DNA of 64,000 bases from Candidatus Kerfeldbacteria bacterium (lineage in GTDB: Bacteria; Patescibacteriota; Patescibacteriia; UBA10025; JAHIVO01). The translations under genes and the position numbers were made by a program. Positions 9,012-18,621 of this stretch are shown piece after piece (position 1 is the first letter of the stretch; every line of letters begins with the position of its first letter). The DNA lies in the NCBI GenBank assembly GCA_047946875.1, contig CP181398.1:335154-399153 (forward strand), read 5' to 3'. Under the pieces are notes generated by a model. It had not been told where the DNA came from and did no database searches. It saw only the letters and a list, made by a program, of their open reading frames with translations.

Positions 9012-10126
9012 AAATAGGTATTATTACAGATTCTATTGACTATAATGCCCAGGGAATTGGTCGGGTAATAAAAGATTTTTGTTACCATCTTTCTGAAACG
9101 AAATTTGCAAAATATAATGAGATTGTATTAATACATGAAAAAAATAATAATGATGAAATATACTCTCTGCCAAATTTTAAAGAATTGATCGTGCCTTCTA
9201 AACAAATTCCTTTCGGACGTGAAATAAGAAAAATATCTACACTTCCCAGCGAAATCAGGAAAGGTAATTTTGATGTTATTCATGACTTAGCAAATGTGGG
9301 ACCTTTTGTTAATTCTGTTAATGCAAAAATGATACAGACAGTTCATGATTTAACACCTGTTATTTTTCCCTCCTGTCATCCGTTCCCAAGTGTTTATCGG
9401 ACAAAAATTGGGATGAGCCTTATTAAGAAAAATGTAGATCATTATATAACAGTAAGTAACTCAACGGCTAGAGATCTTCATAAATTATATAAAATTAATT
9501 TTAATAAAATTACAACTATTTATTCGTCAGTGAGTATAAGAATGCAAAAATTTATTAAAGAACAAAAAAATTCTATAAATCCAATAAATGATAAATATAT
9601 TCTTTTTGTAGGGACAATAGAGCCGAGAAAAAATATTTTAGGGTTACTTGATATTTACGAAGAAGTTCGTAAAAAAAATTCTGAAATCAAACTTATAATA
9701 GCTGGAAAATTAGGATGGAAGTATGACAAAATTATAAATAAGATAAAAAACCATAAATATAAAGAAGATATTATGTGGATTAGTGATGCTTCGGATACTA
9801 AACTTGCTCAACTATATAATCACGCAAAATTATTATTATATCCATCGTTTTATGAAGGTTTCGGTTTACCAGTTTTAGAAGCTATTTATGCAGGGGTGCC
9901 AGTCTTAGCTTCTGATAATTCTTCTTTGCCTGAATTAGTAGGATTTGATGATCTATTGATTGATGCAAATAATATTTCTGAATTTTCTGAAAAAACTACT
10001 CAAATTATTAATGATGAGTCCTTAAGATTAAAAACAATAGAAAAATTGAAAAGTAGGCTTCCTTTATTTTCTTGGGAAAAGAATATCAGGCAAACAGTTG
10101 AGATATACAAAAAAACTAATATATGA
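9008..10126 (+). CDS. GT4 (GT-B) glycosyltransferase
   Basis: EGFGLPVLEAIYAGVPVLASDNSSLPELVG motif; translationally coupled to the neighbouring genes. Confidence 0.75.
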   Translation: MKIGIITDSIDYNAQGIGRVIKDFCYHLSETKFAKYNEIVLIHEKNNNDEIYSLPNFKELIVPSKQIPFGREIRKISTLPSEIRKGNFDVIHDLANVGPFVNSVNAKMIQTVHDLTPVIFPSCHPFPSVYRTKIGMSLIKKNVDHYITVSNSTARDLHKLYKINFNKITTIYSSVSIRMQKFIKEQKNSINPINDKYILFVGTIEPRKNILGLLDIYEEVRKKNSEIKLIIAGKLGWKYDKIINKIKNHKYKEDIMWISDASDTKLAQLYNHAKLLLYPSFYEGFGLPVLEAIYAGVPVLASDNSSLPELVGFDDLLIDANNISEFSEKTTQIINDESLRLKTIEKLKSRLPLFSWEKNIRQTVEIYKKTNI

Positions 10127-11595
10127 TAACAAAAAAATCAAAAAATATTATTCTATCAATTGTGATTATTATTGCTGTGATATCTTTTTTATTTATCATT
10201 ACTATGCAATATAATGTATCTGGATCTCCAATGGGAGGAGATTCTAGTGTATATATAATGGATGCATATTCCAAGATGGAAACAGGTGATTATTTTACTC
10301 GTTATCATAGTGATTACTTACAACGGTCTTTATATGAGAGTCCAATTCACTCACTTATTTTGATAGTAGTTAATAAAATAACAGGTTTAGATATTGAATA
10401 TCCTTTGTTTACAGTCTACCAATATTTATTGGTGATTTTAATATTTGTTTTTACATATGTACTGACTAGATATTTATTTGATGATAAAATTGCTGTTCTG
10501 GCCATGATTTCAAGTTTAAGTTTTACTGGGTTTTATTTTTTATTTTATAGTTCAACAGTTGCAAATTTTCTCGGTATTTTAATAGTTTTAATAATGTTGA
10601 TTGGAATGCTAAAATTGACGACAAAACAATTGTTCATTTTAATTCCTGTAGGAATTTTATTATTATTTTTTACTCATAAATCATTAACTTTCATTTTTTC
10701 ATTGTTTACCGCCATGTGTTTATTTTTTTGGTATATTCCAACTATTTGGAACAATTTTAAAAAGCTCAGACCAAAATTAAGAAGCACGATAATATTAGTA
10801 CTGGTGATAATAATATTCATAGTTTTTGCTTTTTTTCTACTCCCATTACTTGATAATGTAAATCGTTTAAATTATAGTGAATCTGGAAATTTTAGAGCTG
10901 AGATAACCTTTTCAACTTACGTAGCTATTGTAGGGGGAATAATGTCATTATTTTTTATCGTCTCACCTTTTATATTTAAAAAAAATATATTTAGTAAAAG
11001 AAAGCGGATTGTGTTTTCAGCAATATATTTTTGGGTATTACTTGGTATTATTTTTTCATTATTACCTTATATTGGGATATATTTTTATTCTTCGAGAATG
11101 CTATATATGATTTGGCCATTTATCTATATAATTTCTTCTTATGCATTTTTAACCCTTCTTAAACCACTTTTAAAGACACAAAGAGTACTAATATTAATTA
11201 TATTTATTGTTTTAGTTTCCCGTACGACAATTGTTACAAATAAAGATATTGCAACAAGAACAATTTTTATAGACGAGTCACAAGTTAAAGCATTACAATA
11301 TCTAAAAAATCAAAGTAGCTATGGAGATACGATTTTAACGAATTATAATAATATCCACCCTTTTAATATAGCTATTTCTACAAGAGTATTCAGTAGAGTT
11401 GACTATAGTTATTTTTCAGATGTATTAAATGGAGATTATTTATCTGAGTATGACTTCTCATATATTTATATAACTACGGGAGATACAAATGGTTATACTA
11501 TTAAGCATTATTCAAATTTGATTATAGGGCGTGATAATATTGAACAAATTTATTCTGATGACAAAAACATTTTATATAAGATAAAAGGTAATTAA
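10123..11595 (+). CDS. Polytopic (at least 10 TM) membrane protein of the glycan locus, possibly a polymerase/ligase or GT-C-like enzyme
   Basis: 490 aa, hydrophobic throughout, no soluble enzymatic motifs recognised; it is the last gene of the plus-strand glycan operon. Confidence 0.35.
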   Translation: MITKKSKNIILSIVIIIAVISFLFIITMQYNVSGSPMGGDSSVYIMDAYSKMETGDYFTRYHSDYLQRSLYESPIHSLILIVVNKITGLDIEYPLFTVYQYLLVILIFVFTYVLTRYLFDDKIAVLAMISSLSFTGFYFLFYSSTVANFLGILIVLIMLIGMLKLTTKQLFILIPVGILLLFFTHKSLTFIFSLFTAMCLFFWYIPTIWNNFKKLRPKLRSTIILVLVIIIFIVFAFFLLPLLDNVNRLNYSESGNFRAEITFSTYVAIVGGIMSLFFIVSPFIFKKNIFSKRKRIVFSAIYFWVLLGIIFSLLPYIGIYFYSSRMLYMIWPFIYIISSYAFLTLLKPLLKTQRVLILIIFIVLVSRTTIVTNKDIATRTIFIDESQVKALQYLKNQSSYGDTILTNYNNIHPFNIAISTRVFSRVDYSYFSDVLNGDYLSEYDFSYIYITTGDTNGYTIKHYSNLIIGRDNIEQIYSDDKNILYKIKGN

Positions 11596-11605
11596 AAGTT
11601 TGATT

Positions 11606-12592
11606 TTATTTTTTTATTGCTTGTATAAAGTAACTAGCCAAGAATACCTTAATTTCAATATATTTCCATAAACCAAAAGTGGAAATTTTTTTATTTCCTT
11701 GGATTACTTTCCTTTTTCTAAAAAAGCCGTCTGCATCTTTAAATGCATTAATATAAGCATTGATAATTAGATGTAATTTATTTCTCTTTATATAAAGTAA
11801 TAGCACACCAATTTGCATTATTAGTATCCAAATAAAATTAATCATAATAAAAGAAAGAGGGAAGTCTTTAATTATTGTCCAGATAAAGTTTCTTTGTGAG
11901 TGAGAGATTGTAAAATCACTCATAACTGAAGTTGAGGCAGATCCTTTGTGGTAGACAACTGAATTATCCGCATACGCTGGTTTGTATCCAGCTAATAGAA
12001 TCCTAAATCCTAGGTCAAGATCCTCGGCATAAGCAAAGTATTTTGAGTCCAAGAAAGTATTATTTTCTGAGGTAAGTTGTAGCACTTTTGTTGAGTAGAG
12101 TACAGCCCCTCCAGAAGGGCAAAACATTTTGTGTTTTAGGGTCTTTCTATTGAAAGTAAGCCCAGATAGTGTCATGACAATGCCTAAATTATCCACTTCT
12201 TCATGATTGTCCATTTTCATAGATCTAGGTGCTACCATACCTATTTTTGGGTCTTGAGAGGCTATTCTGACCATTTCTGAGAGGAAGTCAGGCTTTACAA
12301 TCATATCGTTATTCAATAGGCAACAATATTCGGAGTTATTTTTTATAGCTTCTCTAATTGCAATATTATTACCTTCAGCAAAACCTACATTTTCAGGATT
12401 AGAAATTACTTGTATACTTTCAGAATATTTTTTTTTAAGTACATTTGCTTCATTATTTTCTGAACCATTATCAACAATAATTATATTATAATTTTGATAA
12501 TTAATTTTTACTAATGAGTCTAGACAATTGGTTGTGTAATCTAGACCGTTCCAGTTTAATATTAATATAGAGACTGATGGGGATTGGTTCAT
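11606..12592 (-). CDS. GT2 glycosyltransferase (rhamnosyl/galactofuranosyl-transferase-like)
   Basis: ILILNWNGLDYTTNCLDSL...IIVDNGSENN...DxD; tandem paralog of 12604..13575. Confidence 0.75.
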   Translation of the reverse strand: MNQSPSVSILILNWNGLDYTTNCLDSLVKINYQNYNIIIVDNGSENNEANVLKKKYSESIQVISNPENVGFAEGNNIAIREAIKNNSEYCCLLNNDMIVKPDFLSEMVRIASQDPKIGMVAPRSMKMDNHEEVDNLGIVMTLSGLTFNRKTLKHKMFCPSGGAVLYSTKVLQLTSENNTFLDSKYFAYAEDLDLGFRILLAGYKPAYADNSVVYHKGSASTSVMSDFTISHSQRNFIWTIIKDFPLSFIMINFIWILIMQIGVLLLYIKRNKLHLIINAYINAFKDADGFFRKRKVIQGNKKISTFGLWKYIEIKVFLASYFIQAIKK

Positions 12593-12603
12593 TTTTTTGA
12601 TAA

Positions 12604-13575
12604 TTAAATTCCAAAGAGTGACTTAATATACTTAGTACTTACTATCTTTTTACTTTGAATGTATTTTCTTTTTTTGAGATGTTGTTTAATATTTTTAAAT
12701 ACATATAATTTTCCTTTAACCATTGAAAAATTTAAAATTATGGTATTAAAAATTATACTTAATATATTTCTACCTATTATTAAGAAAGAGTATTGGAGAA
12801 GAAGTTGAGTTGGGAAGTTTTTTAAAATTACAATATTATTATTTTTTGCATTGAGAAATGTTTTAAAAGGTGATTTATTTCCTAATGATCGAGAATGTTT
12901 ATGATAAATTATTGATTTTGAGTCATAAACACATTTCCAGTTTATAAGTTGTGCTCTAAAGTTTAAGTCAATATCTTCGTGGTAAGCAAATAAATCTTTA
13001 TCGAAAAAACCACTCTTCATCTTTATTTCTCTTAATAATTTAGATGAATATAAACCGCAACAACCTGAAGGACCAAATACATATTTAGTATTATCATATT
13101 GACCATTATCTATCATATCGTAACCTTGGCCTATGAATATCCCATTTTTTTTTATTGTACTCCAGACAGCATTAATATGATTTTTTTTATAATAATCAAA
13201 TATTTTGCTCGCAACCATTCCTACGTTGTTTTCTTTATTATTTTCTACTGTTAAAACCATCTGATCCAAAAAGTTTGATTCAACAGTTGTGTCATTATTT
13301 AGAAATAAAACATAGTCGGAATTATTATTTAAAGCATATGTTATTCCAACATTATTACCTTCAGCGAATCCTAAATTTTCTTTATTTTTAATTAAATGAA
13401 TAAATTCACTATATTCTTTTTTTATTAATTCACCTTCATTATTTTCTGAACCATTATCTATCAAAATAACTTTATAGTTTTGGTAACTAATTTTTTTAAG
13501 AGATTTTAGACATTCTCTTGTGTCTTTAATACCATTCCAGTTTAGTATTATTATGTAGACAAGGGGATTATTCAT
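12604..13575 (-). CDS. GT2 glycosyltransferase, tandem paralog
   Basis: IIILNWNGIKDTRECLKSL...ILIDNGSENNEGE; same architecture as the adjacent GT2. Confidence 0.75.
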   Translation of the reverse strand: MNNPLVYIIILNWNGIKDTRECLKSLKKISYQNYKVILIDNGSENNEGELIKKEYSEFIHLIKNKENLGFAEGNNVGITYALNNNSDYVLFLNNDTTVESNFLDQMVLTVENNKENNVGMVASKIFDYYKKNHINAVWSTIKKNGIFIGQGYDMIDNGQYDNTKYVFGPSGCCGLYSSKLLREIKMKSGFFDKDLFAYHEDIDLNFRAQLINWKCVYDSKSIIYHKHSRSLGNKSPFKTFLNAKNNNIVILKNFPTQLLLQYSFLIIGRNILSIIFNTIILNFSMVKGKLYVFKNIKQHLKKRKYIQSKKIVSTKYIKSLFGI

Positions 13576-13578
13576 TTT

Positions 13579-14676
13579 TTATGTTACAGATTTTAGCACA
13601 TTTTTAGTAAGAAAATTTTTTTGAATAATTAAGATATTTTTTTTCTTAATCTTTATATTATCATTATTTGTAGATTTTAGTAGGGCATCAATAAAAGATT
13701 TGTCAGAGTATTTAAATGTTTCTCCAATATTATGAGTATTTATTAGGTTTCCTGTTTCAGTATTATTACGATCTATTATTGGTAGACCGGACATAATATA
13801 GAATATCGTTTTTGCAGGTAGAATAATATTGAAATAAAGAGAGTCGGGATAGGCAATTAAACCAATGTCACACGATTTAGCCAGGGAAACTGCTTTATCT
13901 TCATTTAGTGGACCCCAGTATTTAATATTTTCTGATGGATATCGTTTTTTTATCCATTCACCTGACTTCCCACATAAATGTAGTTCTATGTTTTCATTAG
14001 ATTTACTTGCCTTAATAAAATTTTCTATGATAAATTTTAATCCTCTTTCTTTATTCATTGTACCAGCATAGATGAATTTAAAATTGTCATTTTCTATGTT
14101 TAGAGGTTCAATATTATCAAAAGATTTACTACTATTGTGAACAACTTTGTAATTTAAGTCTTTTTTCAATAGCTTCATTTCATATTTTGCCATTGAATCA
14201 GATGCAAACCATAACTCATCAGCTAGACTGAAAATTATTTTTTCAAATTTTGTTCTGCTGTAGTCGGTAATATATAGTTTATAACCTAATGCTTTTGATT
14301 GTTCTCGTGGTAGATCTTCTATATCTATTATGATGCGGTGGTTTTTTATTAAAGAGGCTGCTTTTATGAATATAAAAAATATAATTATTAACCAATTTAG
14401 GAATTCGAAACTTGCAAAATGAGTAAGAGGTAAATTGCTGTAATTAAATAGGATTCTTTGCTTTTTTTGAAATAGTAATTTAGTAATTAATATTGGAAAT
14501 TTTATAAGAAAACTAAGTAAATTTGTTGATGGTAAGTTTTTATTAAAAAAATCCATTAAAAAAATTTCTGAATTTTCTGAAAGTTCATCTTTTATATTTA
14601 CGAATCTCATGCTTCCGCCTTCAGTTATGTTGTTGGGGATAATATTTTGGACAATGATATACTCATTATTTTTCAT
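13579..14676 (-). CDS. GT-B fold glycosyltransferase (GT4-like)
   Basis: 365 aa with a C-terminal FIYAGTMNKERGLKFIIENF...LHLCGKSGEW block resembling the GT4 C-domain; weak. Confidence 0.45.
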   Translation of the reverse strand: MKNNEYIIVQNIIPNNITEGGSMRFVNIKDELSENSEIFLMDFFNKNLPSTNLLSFLIKFPILITKLLFQKKQRILFNYSNLPLTHFASFEFLNWLIIIFFIFIKAASLIKNHRIIIDIEDLPREQSKALGYKLYITDYSRTKFEKIIFSLADELWFASDSMAKYEMKLLKKDLNYKVVHNSSKSFDNIEPLNIENDNFKFIYAGTMNKERGLKFIIENFIKASKSNENIELHLCGKSGEWIKKRYPSENIKYWGPLNEDKAVSLAKSCDIGLIAYPDSLYFNIILPAKTIFYIMSGLPIIDRNNTETGNLINTHNIGETFKYSDKSFIDALLKSTNNDNIKIKKKNILIIQKNFLTKNVLKSVT

Positions 14677-14691
14677 TGATAATGCTATATT

Positions 14692-15888
14692 TTACTTGAT
14701 AATGATAAAAGCTGGTCTTTTTTGGTGATGACCTAAAAACTTAATTGAGCTAAAATTGTATGGTTTAAAAATTTCTTGGTAGTATTCATTTGTATCAATT
14801 CTAGGGTCTGCATTACCTTCGAAAATAATTCCTTCTTTTGTGTTATTTACAATAAAATCAAAATTTTTCTTAATATCTCTAATTTCTTTAGTTCTATAAA
14901 TTGCTTGAAATATAGTCCAGTCCCATGATTCTGCTAAATTCTGAACGTCATTTTCAAAAGATTCTTTGTTAAAGTCTATTGTATCATGGATTATATCTAA
15001 GCCCAAAGTATCGGAAATAATTTTCCCAGTGTCTATAGCTTCTTTTTGAATATCAAAGCTTATTATTTTTGTCGCACCATTAAAAAAAGCTTCGACGGCA
15101 GCTTGTCCAATGTTACCTCCAAAATCAATCACGGATTTATTTTTTAAATTTGAGAAATTATATATTTTTGAGTATCTTGAATCTTGTTTCCTTTCACCAT
15201 TAAGGCCTGCTTCTCTAATCTCTTGATATCTTGGAAACCAGGTACATTTGTCTGCTGTTTTAGTAATATTAATTTTCTCATCATCTTTTAATAAATTAGC
15301 AATGTCATTTCTATCAACTATTATGTATGATTCAAATGTTTTTTGGTTAGCTTTTAAGGCTGACATAATTCTATGCATACCGTCAATTTGAAATAATTTA
15401 TTACTATTCAAATTGGAATTACTTTTAAAAATTTTGTGAAATATATTAAAAAAGAAATATATTATACCTTTAAAGCTAAAATTTATTTTTAATATATTTT
15501 TATTAATGTATTTTTTTAGTACATTAGAGTGAGTTAGAACGATTGGTGGAAATTTTTCATCATTTAGTAACTTATCTGAGTAATTAGTAAAGTAGTCATG
15601 CTTATCGTGTTTTTCCCATTCTTTTTTTAATTTATCTGATGTATAAGAGATATGAGCACTTGTTTTAATGATTGCACATTTAGTTAAGTCTATGTCTTTG
15701 GTTATATTTATGTTAAATTGTTTTTTGCAAACTATTTTGTACAAATCATAGATAGATAGCTTATTATTAAATTCGTACTTTTCAAGTGTTGTAATTGCTG
15801 GTAGTATATTTTTATTTATTTCCAAATCACATTCAAGATTTATATATTTTTCTAAATCCTTTACTTGTTGCTGTTTGTATTTTTTCAT
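14692..15888 (-). CDS. Two-domain protein: ParB/Srx-like (DGxHR motif) N-terminal domain fused to an FkbM-family SAM-dependent methyltransferase
   Basis: Central motif LFQIDGMHRIMSAL resembles the ParB/sulfiredoxin/DGQHR nucleotide-binding signature. The C-terminal half carries the VIDFGGNIGQAAVEAFFNGATKIISFD motif I of FkbM-type O-methyltransferases. Confidence 0.4.
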   Translation of the reverse strand: MKKYKQQQVKDLEKYINLECDLEINKNILPAITTLEKYEFNNKLSIYDLYKIVCKKQFNINITKDIDLTKCAIIKTSAHISYTSDKLKKEWEKHDKHDYFTNYSDKLLNDEKFPPIVLTHSNVLKKYINKNILKINFSFKGIIYFFFNIFHKIFKSNSNLNSNKLFQIDGMHRIMSALKANQKTFESYIIVDRNDIANLLKDDEKINITKTADKCTWFPRYQEIREAGLNGERKQDSRYSKIYNFSNLKNKSVIDFGGNIGQAAVEAFFNGATKIISFDIQKEAIDTGKIISDTLGLDIIHDTIDFNKESFENDVQNLAESWDWTIFQAIYRTKEIRDIKKNFDFIVNNTKEGIIFEGNADPRIDTNEYYQEIFKPYNFSSIKFLGHHQKRPAFIIIK

Positions 15889-15891
15889 AGT

Positions 15892-17094
15892 TTATTTTTT
15901 ATTATATGCTTGCTTCATTAGCTTATTTTGTTTTGTAAATTCAAAAAGTCTATTTTTTGTAAAATAGTTATTTTTTATTTTTTTGACAAGGTTATTAAAT
16001 ATAACTTCTGAAGGGCTTTTTTTGGATGGGTTGAGTATCCATCTATCCCAATCAGTATTTAATTCAATTGCTTTTTTAGTATTCTCATATAGATTGTCAT
16101 TAGCCATGATAGTTGCTCCAGCTCTGATGGTTTCTGGTCTTTCGGTAGATAGTCTTGTTATATGACATGGAGTCCCTAGAATTAGCGATTCTTCTTGTAC
16201 AGTACCACTATCAGAAATTGTGACCTTAGCATCTTTTTGTAGTTTTAAAAATTCAAAATAACCAAGTGGTTCTGATATGATAATATTTGATTTTAGAACG
16301 TCATTAAGTAAATCATTTTCTTTTAAATTATTTTTAACTCTTGGCATTAATGGTAATACAACGGGGATTTCTTTTGCTAGTCTAATTAAATCATTAAATT
16401 TCTTTTTAAGGATAATGGGGTCGTTTGTATTTTCTTCTCTATGGATTGTACTAAGAGCAAAATCATTTTTTTTCAGTTTAAGTTTTTTGAGAACATCAGT
16501 CTTTTCAGCCATAGGTAGAAATTCTTCTATTGCATCATGTATTATATTGCCAACAACTTTGATTCTGTATTCAGGTACACCTTCAGACATTAATATATCT
16601 TTGTATCTAGGAACATACGAATAGAGAGCATCAGACATATGGTCTATAGTTATTCTATTTTTTTCTTCAGGCATTCTCCAGTCATAACTTCTACCGCCAG
16701 CTTCTATATGTATTACAGGAATCCCATACCTTGCAACAACAACAGAGGACATTACTGAGTTAGTGTCACCTAGATACATAACAGCGTCAGGTTTATATTT
16801 TTCGATCATATCAGAGGTGCGTTCATACAATAGAGCCATCTGATATGCAAAGTTTGTTTTTTTGCAATTTTCTTTTAATGTTTTACCAACACCCATATTA
16901 AAATCTGGAAGCCTTACCCCTAATTCATCATAAAAGACACCATCAAGTTCATAATCAAAATGTTGCCCAGTGTGCATGAATATATGCTCGTAATTGTGCT
17001 CAGATTGGCCCTTATCGAGCATTTTTATAAGTTTAAACATTCTAATAAGATCTGGTCTAATACCGAGTAGGGTGACTAATTTAAATTTTTTCAT
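15892..17094 (-). CDS. UDP-N-acetylglucosamine 2-epimerase family (WecB/NeuC-like)
   Basis: LIRMFKLIKML..HTGQHFDYELDGVFYDELGV...MGVGK and ISDSGTVQEES motifs of the non-hydrolysing/hydrolysing 2-epimerase fold. Confidence 0.8.
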   Translation of the reverse strand: MKKFKLVTLLGIRPDLIRMFKLIKMLDKGQSEHNYEHIFMHTGQHFDYELDGVFYDELGVRLPDFNMGVGKTLKENCKKTNFAYQMALLYERTSDMIEKYKPDAVMYLGDTNSVMSSVVVARYGIPVIHIEAGGRSYDWRMPEEKNRITIDHMSDALYSYVPRYKDILMSEGVPEYRIKVVGNIIHDAIEEFLPMAEKTDVLKKLKLKKNDFALSTIHREENTNDPIILKKKFNDLIRLAKEIPVVLPLMPRVKNNLKENDLLNDVLKSNIIISEPLGYFEFLKLQKDAKVTISDSGTVQEESLILGTPCHITRLSTERPETIRAGATIMANDNLYENTKKAIELNTDWDRWILNPSKKSPSEVIFNNLVKKIKNNYFTKNRLFEFTKQNKLMKQAYNKK

Positions 17095-17095
17095 A

Positions 17096-18616
17096 TTATT
17101 TATCTAATATTTTTTCTATTGGGTATTTGTATCTAAACGGTTTTCTAGCAATTTTTTTTCTTAATGGTTCGATAATGTTTTTTATTTCTTCAGGAGTTCT
17201 GTGACCACTTTTAATTAGGGTATACATAATATTGTAAAAACTAGAAGGATTCCAATCAGTAATATCTTTTTGATGGAAATGATTTTCTATGTCTTTCAAA
17301 TCTTGGTTAATTGAAAATTCGGTAAATTTCTTATCTTGATTATCTTTAGATGTTTTTAATTTGTCTAATTGTCCTTCTTCTAATTTAATCATATAAAAAA
17401 TTTCAACTATATTTTGAAGATTTTCTTGATCTGCACCGGTTAAGATTATATTTTCTGGTTTAATGTCAAGTCCTAGTTTGTTTTTTAATCTGTCGGCAAT
17501 TGCTTCTTCTGGTTTCTCACCTGGTTTTAGAGAACCACCAAATACTGCAAATTTACCTTCCAACTCTGTGACTCCTGTTCGTTCCTCAGTAACTATTTTA
17601 CCGTCAGGGGATATTAACGTTGCTGAAACAGCAAGGGGTCGAATTGGGTTTTCTGCATGATCTTCTCTGTGGGCAAATGATGACGATAAATATGAATAGT
17701 AATCAGTATTTGAAGTTCGGAGTTTAAGATTACCATCTTTAATATTAAATGTATCAACATTAGCAAGTTGACCGTTAAAAGGTTGTAGCTCGCTCTTATC
17801 GTCGATTGCTTCTTTAAGTTTTTCTAAAAGTTCTTGAGCTTCAGGAGATAGGGGGGTTGTCTCATCTGTATGGCTAATTTCTGTATTATTAATATTGGCA
17901 CCAAATTCAATTATTGGTGTTGCAGGTTCAGTAAAGAATTTTGTTATATCATTTTTTTCTGAATAAGCTAATATTCTTTTTATTTCTCCTTTTGTTTTTC
18001 TAAATATATTATATTCAAATTCTTCGTGAGGTATACCAATTACTTCAAACTCATTATTTGTATCAAGGTTTTTATCTGCTGTTCTAGCAACTCTGGGTAC
18101 GTGGTAACTATTAGTGACAAAAGTTAAATGTTTGGTATTTTTGTATCTGTCATCAATGTTCATTTTCTCGAATTGTGTTTTCGTATTACCAATTCCTCGG
18201 TCACCACAGTTAAGTTGCTGAGTGTGTTCTAGGGGAAAATTTTCTTCTTGAGCAATTTCTACCATGGCTGGCAATTGTTCTGTTTCACCGTTAAGTATGA
18301 GCGGGGGACCATTTTCAATAATGTCTGACGCAGTTAGTTCTTCGATTGAGATGCCTGATTTATTTGAGGCTATTTGTTTAATGATATCGATAGAATATTT
18401 TACTCGTGCAATATTTTCTGAAGTTTTTTCTAAGATTTCACCATTCTCTTGGAATTCTGGAGGTGCAGATAAAGCAACGACACCTTCTGTTTGTTCAGGA
18501 GGTGCGTATTCAAATTCATTTAATCTGTCACGAAATTCATTAATTAACCTTCGTCTATTCTTTGCGTTTTCATCCCAATGTTCTGGAATTGGTCTATGTT
18601 CTGCTCGAGATCTCAT
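17096..18616 (-). CDS. DUF218 (YdcF/ElyC/SanA-like) domain fused to a C-terminal Nudix-fold domain with a degenerate Nudix box
   Basis: The N-terminal half has DUF218 hallmarks (GIGNTKTQFE; LTFVTNSYHVPRVARTA, cf. vvTs.yHmpRA). The C-terminus (AVSATLISPDGKIVTEER...FAVFGGSLKPGEKPEEAIADRLKNKLGL) has Nudix topology but lacks the REUXEE glutamates. No TM segment. Confidence 0.4.
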   Translation of the reverse strand: MRSRAEHRPIPEHWDENAKNRRRLINEFRDRLNEFEYAPPEQTEGVVALSAPPEFQENGEILEKTSENIARVKYSIDIIKQIASNKSGISIEELTASDIIENGPPLILNGETEQLPAMVEIAQEENFPLEHTQQLNCGDRGIGNTKTQFEKMNIDDRYKNTKHLTFVTNSYHVPRVARTADKNLDTNNEFEVIGIPHEEFEYNIFRKTKGEIKRILAYSEKNDITKFFTEPATPIIEFGANINNTEISHTDETTPLSPEAQELLEKLKEAIDDKSELQPFNGQLANVDTFNIKDGNLKLRTSNTDYYSYLSSSFAHREDHAENPIRPLAVSATLISPDGKIVTEERTGVTELEGKFAVFGGSLKPGEKPEEAIADRLKNKLGLDIKPENIILTGADQENLQNIVEIFYMIKLEEGQLDKLKTSKDNQDKKFTEFSINQDLKDIENHFHQKDITDWNPSSFYNIMYTLIKSGHRTPEEIKNIIEPLRKKIARKPFRYKYPIEKILDK

Positions 18617-18621
18617 ATGGT

